From positions 2,232,001 to 2,296,000 of the forward strand of contig AP026123.1 of assembly GCA_030295235.1 (NCBI GenBank): a DNA stretch of 64,000 nucleotides. The letters are read 5' to 3'. Positions 57,227-64,000 of this stretch are shown here, piece after piece (position 1 is the stretch's first letter; each line of letters starts with the position of its first letter). The notes below the pieces were generated by a model, which was not told where the DNA came from, did no database searches, and worked only from the letters and a program-made list of their open reading frames with translations. The translations under genes and the position numbers were made by a program. The DNA is from Fistulifera solaris. Its lineage: Eukaryota.

Positions 57227-58901
57227 TACTGGTATCAAAAAGGAGAAGAGCTGTGAGTCAATTCAGAGGGTACAAAGTTCTATCCTTTGATAGATTGCAT
57301 GGTTACTTACTAATCGCTTTAAAGGTTGAATGAAAAGAGAGAAGAAAGAAGGAGATTGGTCTCTGTTGTTCTCCAAAATACGAAAATGCCAGAATGCCCA
57401 GCTAATGCTAGCACATAACCTCAACCGGTTACAAATGTGCCAAACTAGTTATTCACCTCAGAAGGTGCCAGAATGGGACGCAACCAATGGCCTGATACTA
57501 GCACTGGGGTTCCCTCGATTGACATACGGAGCAAAGAGTCAAATCTTTCTTTTCTTCGTGCTCCAAATCTCAGAATACCTCACAAATTATTCTTGTATGT
57601 CTTCTGTTTTATTGTGGTAGGTAGCTTTGAATTCAATATCTTACTCTCTCTTGAAAGCATTTGCCGTCGGTGTTTGCTATCAATGGATTGATTGGAAAGA
57701 CGACGCAACACACAACGCCGAAATGTTCGAAATTTTGTCAGTTTTTTTCGAGCGAAAAAATTAGCCTTAAGTAAGCTGTTTACTTAGATACCAACGGACA
57801 ACATTGCTGCAGCGTTTTTTCGTGCCGGCTGGCTCGAACGAACAGCTTCAAATCGGTTGACGTACAGTCGAGACCGGGTGGAGGGATAGACCAACCGGTA
57901 ATGGATGATGACGTAAGGGATGGGGCTATCTGCCCGGTTTAGGTATCTCTCAGGAACCGCGCTACGACGACAAGAGGCACGTCATCATTTGATCGGGACT
58001 TCTGAACCACGCTTTCCCTTACACCTCGAGTTTTTTTTTTGTTTTTTTTTTTTCAATAAAAAATGAATGACGAGAACTCATCATAATGTAGCGCTAGCTC
58101 GTTTTACTCGTACTTTTCAAAGAAAAGAATACCTCTCTTAATTTGAATGCTTTCTCTAGAGGCGAGCGCGTAAGTGTGAGGAGTTTAGCGATGTACAGAC
58201 GCTTAGAGATAATCGCGCAAGTATAGCGCCCTCTCGAGCCCCGCTATCGCCTCAATATCCTTCCGCGTCTTTTCTGGAAATAAAGGAGTGCTCTGTTTTA
58301 ATTCGCTCGTAGATCGAATGAGACGCTGTAAACTACATGAATAAAATCTTGGATTGAGGGCCCGTATTACGGACACGGCAATTTGTCATGTGCTTTTAAT
58401 GGGTCGACGGAGGGTCTTCGTTCACTGCATCTCTAAGCAAACGAACTAGAGTTGTGTATCTCTCCGTTATAAAGCGACGTCAAGTCCATGGTTTTGCAAC
58501 GGGCCAACTTCACGAGCATAGGTCGTTTTTCGAATAGATTGTGCTTTCTTGGAAGATCGGAGCAGAGTCTTACAAGTGAGGGCTCCGAAGGCGAACAGTG
58601 GATCTGCGATCTTCGATGCGCGAACAATACCGCTAATCTCTCCTGATAGCAACGTGTTTAGCGGAAGTTATCTTATCTGGCGCTTGTCGAGAGCAAGGTA
58701 GGGAGTCTTGCGGAGAGATTCTATTACTTCGTCTTCAATCAAAGAGTTTGAACCAAATCATCTCAAGCCAATGATTGCATTCCTTATCACCACATGCGGA
58801 TTTTGTCTAAACATGACGGAATCAAATGCGACAGTTTTCGTTTCTTTCTATCAATTCGCGATTGATGCTGAGGTGACGAACATGAGCGGAGCGACATAAT
58901 T

Positions 58902-59675
58902 TGGATTCTCGGATTCTCTAGAGACTAGGTTCTGGGTCTGGAAGCTGGAAGCTGTTTCCTATTCCCTACTTTATAATTGATAAGTAGTACGTACTCGAAA
59001 ATACGAAATATAAATGATAATGATTGGTGATTGGTGTCGAATGACTGGTGATGATGAATGATGACTGATAATGATAAGTGCACGGTGTCCGGTATACTCC
59101 ATACTCCGTACCCCCAATCATCGGGCCATGTTTGGGCTTCTCCGTGATTTGTGCTGTTTTTACTTTTTACTCATTGCTTCGCATTCTTTCATCTTGCGTT
59201 GGTTTTCAGTTTTTAGTTTGCGTTTTGCGATTTGGGTTTCGGGATACTGGTTACTTTACGATCCTTAGTCCTTGCATCTAGAGCCTAGAGAGAGCATCTG
59301 TGTGACCGGGAACCTTGCCTTTGGCCTTTTGCCTTTTGCTTTTATTGACTCTAGATGTGATAATGGGAGATGGGAGATGGGAGATGGGTTATCAAGAGCA
59401 GGGAACCGGGACCAGGAACCTTAATACTGAGTAATAACAATCAGTAATAAGCAAATAAGCATGCTTCTCTCAACTCTAGATTTCTTTGTACTGGACTCTG
59501 AAGTCTGGAGACTGGAGAGACGACAGACGACGCTCGACGCTTTGACTTTTGGCTCTCTAAGGGCTGTGGACTTTGTGGACTATGGATCCTTTTAGCCCTT
59601 TGTTGAGATATTTGAGATGTTTAGTCTTGATTCTTGATACTCTGGACTGGGGAGTGGGGAGTGGGGGTGGGGAGA
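58902..59675. repeat. Second field of short (mostly 7-bp) tandem duplications
   Basis: GGATTCTC x2, CTGGAAG x2, TGATTGG x2, ATACTCC x2, TTTTTAC x2, TTGCCTT repeats, ATGGGAG x3 (59363-59383), CTGGAGA x2, AGACGAC x2, CGACGCT x2, TCTTGAT x2, TGGGGAG x2. Confidence 0.85.
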
Positions 59676-59980
59676 GACGTTGTAATTTGAAAGCTGTAAG
59701 CTCTGGGCTACAAAAAGTTTTAAAGTCCACCGTCCACGTTTCCGATAAAAGATGAAAGTCGGAATTGGCCGATGCCGAATCACGCCCAAAGGAAAACAGG
59801 ACAAAATGTTGGCAAGCAACAATGACCGTACTGTACGGCAATAATAGAATCCAGTACTCAGGTTTACGTAATTCATAAGGGCTTCGGAGAAAATACTACT
59901 CCGTAGGTTTTGTAAAACGCGAAATACGAGAGACGAGATAGCCAGTTCGTCCATTATTCACAAAGATCAAAACGTTCAAC

Positions 59981-62900
59981 ATGATTGAAGACGATGATCG
60001 CTCATGGAGTGTCGACGACGGCGACGACACATCAGACGCTGAGAATCGTTCATCTAATTTAGACACCAATGAACAGGAAAAGACCGAGGAGGCCGCTGTC
60101 GCGGAACTGATCCGCCATGAAACGAGATGGGTCCAAATGTGGAGAGTCTTCACTCTGCTTATCTTAGTTGCAGTTTCTGTGACAGTGTCCACCATCACCT
60201 TTCGTCTTCTACAAATTCAAGACGTTGACGAATTCAAGGATAGCGTACGTATGCTTGAAGAACTTTTCCGTCGCCTTCACCCTGGCCGGAGCGAATTCTA
60301 ACTGAACTGCACTTAGTATACCTTCTTTGCAGCAGCTATCCGAAACGCCGTCGAGTCGCAAGTTCGCGACATCTTCAGTGCAGGCGAAATGTTAGCGGGG
60401 CAGGTCACGAAGGCCGCGACCGAAAAAGATGAAAAGTTTCCCTCCGTTACCGTGGACCTCTTCGAAGTCATCGGTAGACAAGCTAGAGAAATGTCGGGTA
60501 TCCTTGAGATCACCTGGAGTCCGTATGTTTATGCAGACCAGTTTGATGCTTATGCAAGCTACTCTGCTGAGAACATTGGCTGGTTGAATGAGTCTGCTGC
60601 ACTTTATGTTGACGACAATCCCGCTCTCAATCTTACGTTAGACGATTTCGACCTCTCCGATACGGATTATAGCCTCATGTCCATCATGACTGGAGGGCCA
60701 CCCGTAAGTGCAGATCCATGGGCGGCACGTTGGCAAAGCTCGCCTCCTCCGAATTCGTCTTATGTCATCAATATCGATCTAAACGACTATGGAGCTTGAA
60801 CCGGAGTAACGCAGCTATCGAAAAATTTCGTATGAGCGTGATGACAGCCGTAGTCGATCCGCGACCGGGTTATGAAGCTTCGTTTCGTCCGCTTTGTGCC
60901 GTTGCGCACCCGGTCTTTGAGAACTTCTTTGACGAGGACTCCGAAGTCGTGGGGAAAGTTTTCAGCTTGTTTTTGTGGGAACTGAACATGGTCAATTTAC
61001 TGCCTGAAGGAGTTTCAGGAATCGTCGCGGTTTTGAAGAACAGCTGCAACCAGTCTTACACGTACGCTCTCGATGGAACTTTGGTAAGTAACCGATTGAC
61101 CAGGAACCCGATCGAGATTACAACTCTTATCGTTGTATTCATCGTTCTGCTTGTATTTACAGGTCACATATTTGGGCATGGGCGACATGCACGATCCACG
61201 ATACGATGACATGGAAACGGTCATTCCTTTCCACAAAGCCACCGAAAAGTTCACCAAAGAAGAGCTGCTTGCTGTTGAAGGCCACTGTCTTTTCTACCTT
61301 CATGTTTACCCCAGCAGGGAGTTCGAAGAACGGTACAACTCGTCGAATCCCGTTCAAGCCACCACAATGCTGGTTGTTGCCTTTGCTTTCATGATCACGG
61401 CATTCCTTATGTTCGATACGTTCGTGTCTCGAAGAAACCGCAAATTGCTGATTGCCATGACCCAAACCAGCGCAATCGTTTTCTTCTTTGTTTCCCTCCA
61501 ATGTACGCGACCGCATCTTCGCCCAAGCAAAGCACGACAACGACGAGAAGAAGGCACTCAACGGGAAGAGCCGTCTGAAGACGTTTTTGTCCGATGGAAA
61601 TGACGGAGACAACGAAATGGGCGATGAAAACGACCAGTATATGTACAAGACCAAGCCCATCGCTGATTTGTTTCCAGAAACCACAGTTCTATTTGCAGGT
61701 ATGTAGCACTAGCAACGCAGTGGCGACAGACTAAGAGGGTCCGACCAGCCGAAGAATCGTTGCTAACACCACATCTCCTCTCGAAACGTCAGATTTGGCA
61801 GGATTCACTGCTTGGAGTTCCATGCGAGAGCCGACGCAGGTCTTCATTCTGTTGGAGACTATCTACAAGGCTATGGATGATATTGCCAAAGCCCGTCGAG
61901 TGTTCAAGGTCGAGACGGTGGGTGATTGTTATGTTGCCGTAACCGGTCTACCGGATCCTCGCAAGGACCACGCCGTCGCCATGTGTCGGTTTGCGTCAGA
62001 CTGCGTCCAAAAGATGAATGTACTGACAAAAAGCTGGAAGTGATCCTCGGTCCCGATACGACGGATCTACAAATGCGTGTCGGTTTGCACAGTGGTCCAG
62101 TGACCGCGGGTGTTCTACGCGGTGAGCGTTCTCGGTTTCAGCTGTTCGGTGACACAATGAACACTGCAAGTAGAATGGAGTCCAACGGGCTTCCAGGAAA
62201 GATCCATATTTCACAGGAAACCGTCAGGCACTTGATCGTAGCGGGCAAAGAGCACTGGGTGGTTCCACGCGAGGAGAGAGTGGTGGCGAAAGGTAAGGGC
62301 GAGCTTCAAACTTACTGGCTGGTCACTACCAAAGCGTCGAACCATACTCGGAGTGAAACTGCTTCCAGCGAAACTGAAACCACCGGTGATGTGGTGGGAA
62401 CCGTGCAACCTGCTGCTAAAGATGCAATCGCTGACACAATGACCAACGAGAAGACCGACCGGCTCGTCAAGTGGAACGTAGAAGTCCTTGCTGCCCTGCT
62501 TAAAAAAGTAGTTGCACACCGTAAGGGTGCTGTGCAACCAAAGGAATCGACCCGTAATGCAAGTTTCAGCAAGGTAACAACGACCCCGTTAGACGAAGTC
62601 CAGGAAATAATCCGAATGCCGGTCTTCAAACGTGGCAAAGGTAGCCAAATTAAAGAGGAAGATCTTGGTACTGCCGTCCTAGAGCAGTTGCGAGAGTATG
62701 TTTCTGCCATAGCCTCCATGTATCGCAGAAACCCATTCCACAACTTCGAGCACGCGTCCCATGTGACGCAATCAGTGGTAAAATTACTTTCCCGCATTGT
62801 TGCCCCGGATGTTGATGCTGGAAACAGCGATCTGGAATCGACTTTGCACGACTACACGTACGGCATCACGTCGGATCCGCTCACTCAGTTCGCGTGTGTG

Positions 62901-63605
62901 TTTTCCGCATTGATCCACGATGCAGATCATGCCGGCATCCCGAACACGCAGCTCATCGTTGAAAATCCTCAGCTCGCCAAATTTTACAAGGACAAGAGTG
63001 TTGCCGAACAAAACTCGGTCGACTTGTGCTGGGAGCTGCTTCAAGACAGCAATTTCAATGACTTGAGAGCTGCCATTTGCCCCACTGAACATGATCGAAT
63101 TCGCTTCCGGCAGCTTGTGGTCAACTCCGTTATGGCAACAGACATCATGGACAAGGACTTGAAGGCTCTTCGAAACATGCGCTGGGAAAAAGCCTTTGCT
63201 GGAAAGAACCACGAGGAGTCGATGAAGGACGCCGTTGATCGCAAAGCAACCATCGTGATCGAGCACTTGATTCAAGCGTCTGACGTTGCTCACACAATGC
63301 AGCACTGGCACATTTACCGCAAGTGGAATCAGAGGTTGTTTGAAGAGTTGTATTGCGCTTACATTCAAGGCCGCTCCGCGACCGATCCCTCGGAGAACTG
63401 GTACAAAGGAGAGATTGGGTTCTTCGACTTCTACATCATTCCCTTGGCTAAGAAGTTGCGCGAATGCGGTGTCTTTGGTGTTTCCAGCGACGAATATTTG
63501 AATTACGCTGAGAAGAATCGTCAGGAATGGGAAGCCAGAGGCATGGAAGTCGTCGCGAGCATGGTGGAAGCCGCGCAGAGGAAGTTCGGCACAAAGTCGA
63601 TGTAA
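59981..63605 (+). CDS. Receptor-type class III nucleotide cyclase-phosphodiesterase fusion, copy 3
   Basis: Same architecture. Introns 60245-60316, 61084-61162, 61699-61792. Indels near 60795, 61485 and 62030. Confidence 0.87.
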
Positions 63606-64000
63606 ATCTTTGATGAAGGATTATGAACGTTAATTGTTAAAAGGAGATCATTTGTAAAACAAGTTTATTTTATTAGTTGTTCATGAATCATCCAGCACTT
63701 TTTGCCTGCAGGTAGCGGCGCGATAATGGAAATGGAAGGCATCGCAATCGCATGAGGCAACGTTTTTTTGTAAGAATAACCAGGTACCGTACCAGGTACC
63801 GGTACCGGTAAGGTACGGTAAAGGTAAAGTGAGAGGCGAGCGTCTTGATGACGACTTGATCATGACTCGAGACTTACTGGTACGACTCGTCAAAAAATAA
63901 TGATCGACGAGCGCGACGACGATGATGATAAGAAATAATAAACGTTTCAACACATACCAGGTAAGAAACAAAGATGATGATCATACATAACTTGTCAACA

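Larger units (their letters stand above)
54615..57942. mobile_element. 3.3-kb TIR DNA transposon derivative (Mutator-like transposase remnant plus cargo gene)
   Basis: Perfect 39-bp TIR CTAAACCGGGCAGATAGCCCCATCCCTTACGTCATCATC at 54615-54653 and its complement at 57904-57942; GTA on both flanks. Confidence 0.85.

Noticed and set aside
58433..58899. Possible decayed coding sequence right of the TIR element
   Set aside because: Several stops in every frame and no recognisable motif.
48697..59675. CRISPR-like or telomeric array in the stutter regions
   Set aside because: No constant repeat with spacers, and no run of a single telomeric unit; the units all differ.
45306..63368. Long antisense ORFs over the cyclase-PDE genes (e.g. 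52757-53545, 62784-63368)
   Set aside because: Shadows of the coding strand with no recognisable motifs.

Overview
Gene-dense eukaryotic DNA from a pennate diatom. Evidence: short GT-AG introns, bipartite plastid-type presequences, a thiolase ending in a PTS1-like signal, a secreted SET protein and cyclase-phosphodiesterase fusions. A Fistulifera-like source is an inference. About 25 protein genes are recognisable, including NSA2, TtcA, FRA10AC1, RlmN, two sulfotransferase-like proteins, a double-SET protein, a YcfD/RoxA-type JmjC oxygenase, an EamA transporter, an esterase, an ER ankyrin protein, an SPX-EXS exporter, PDH E1 beta, Misato, a mitochondrial carrier, a subtilase, INCENP, a thiolase and three tandem receptor cyclase-PDE genes. 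Many carry single-base indels that look like consensus errors. Structure the ORF track misses: (1) a SelM/SelF-type selenoprotein (CSGU) split at an in-frame TGA, with two SECIS-like hairpins; (2) three abutting, different MITEs at 9.67-11.15 kb, one with a second copy at 48.8 kb; (3) a 3.3-kb TIR element with a truncated Mutator-like transposase and an antisense, spliced, Cys-rich cargo gene; (4) dense fields of unrelated ~7-bp tandem duplications upstream of two cyclase-PDE genes; (5) a ~3.3-kb tandem duplication carrying a lineage-specific gene plus relics of the esterase 5' end.
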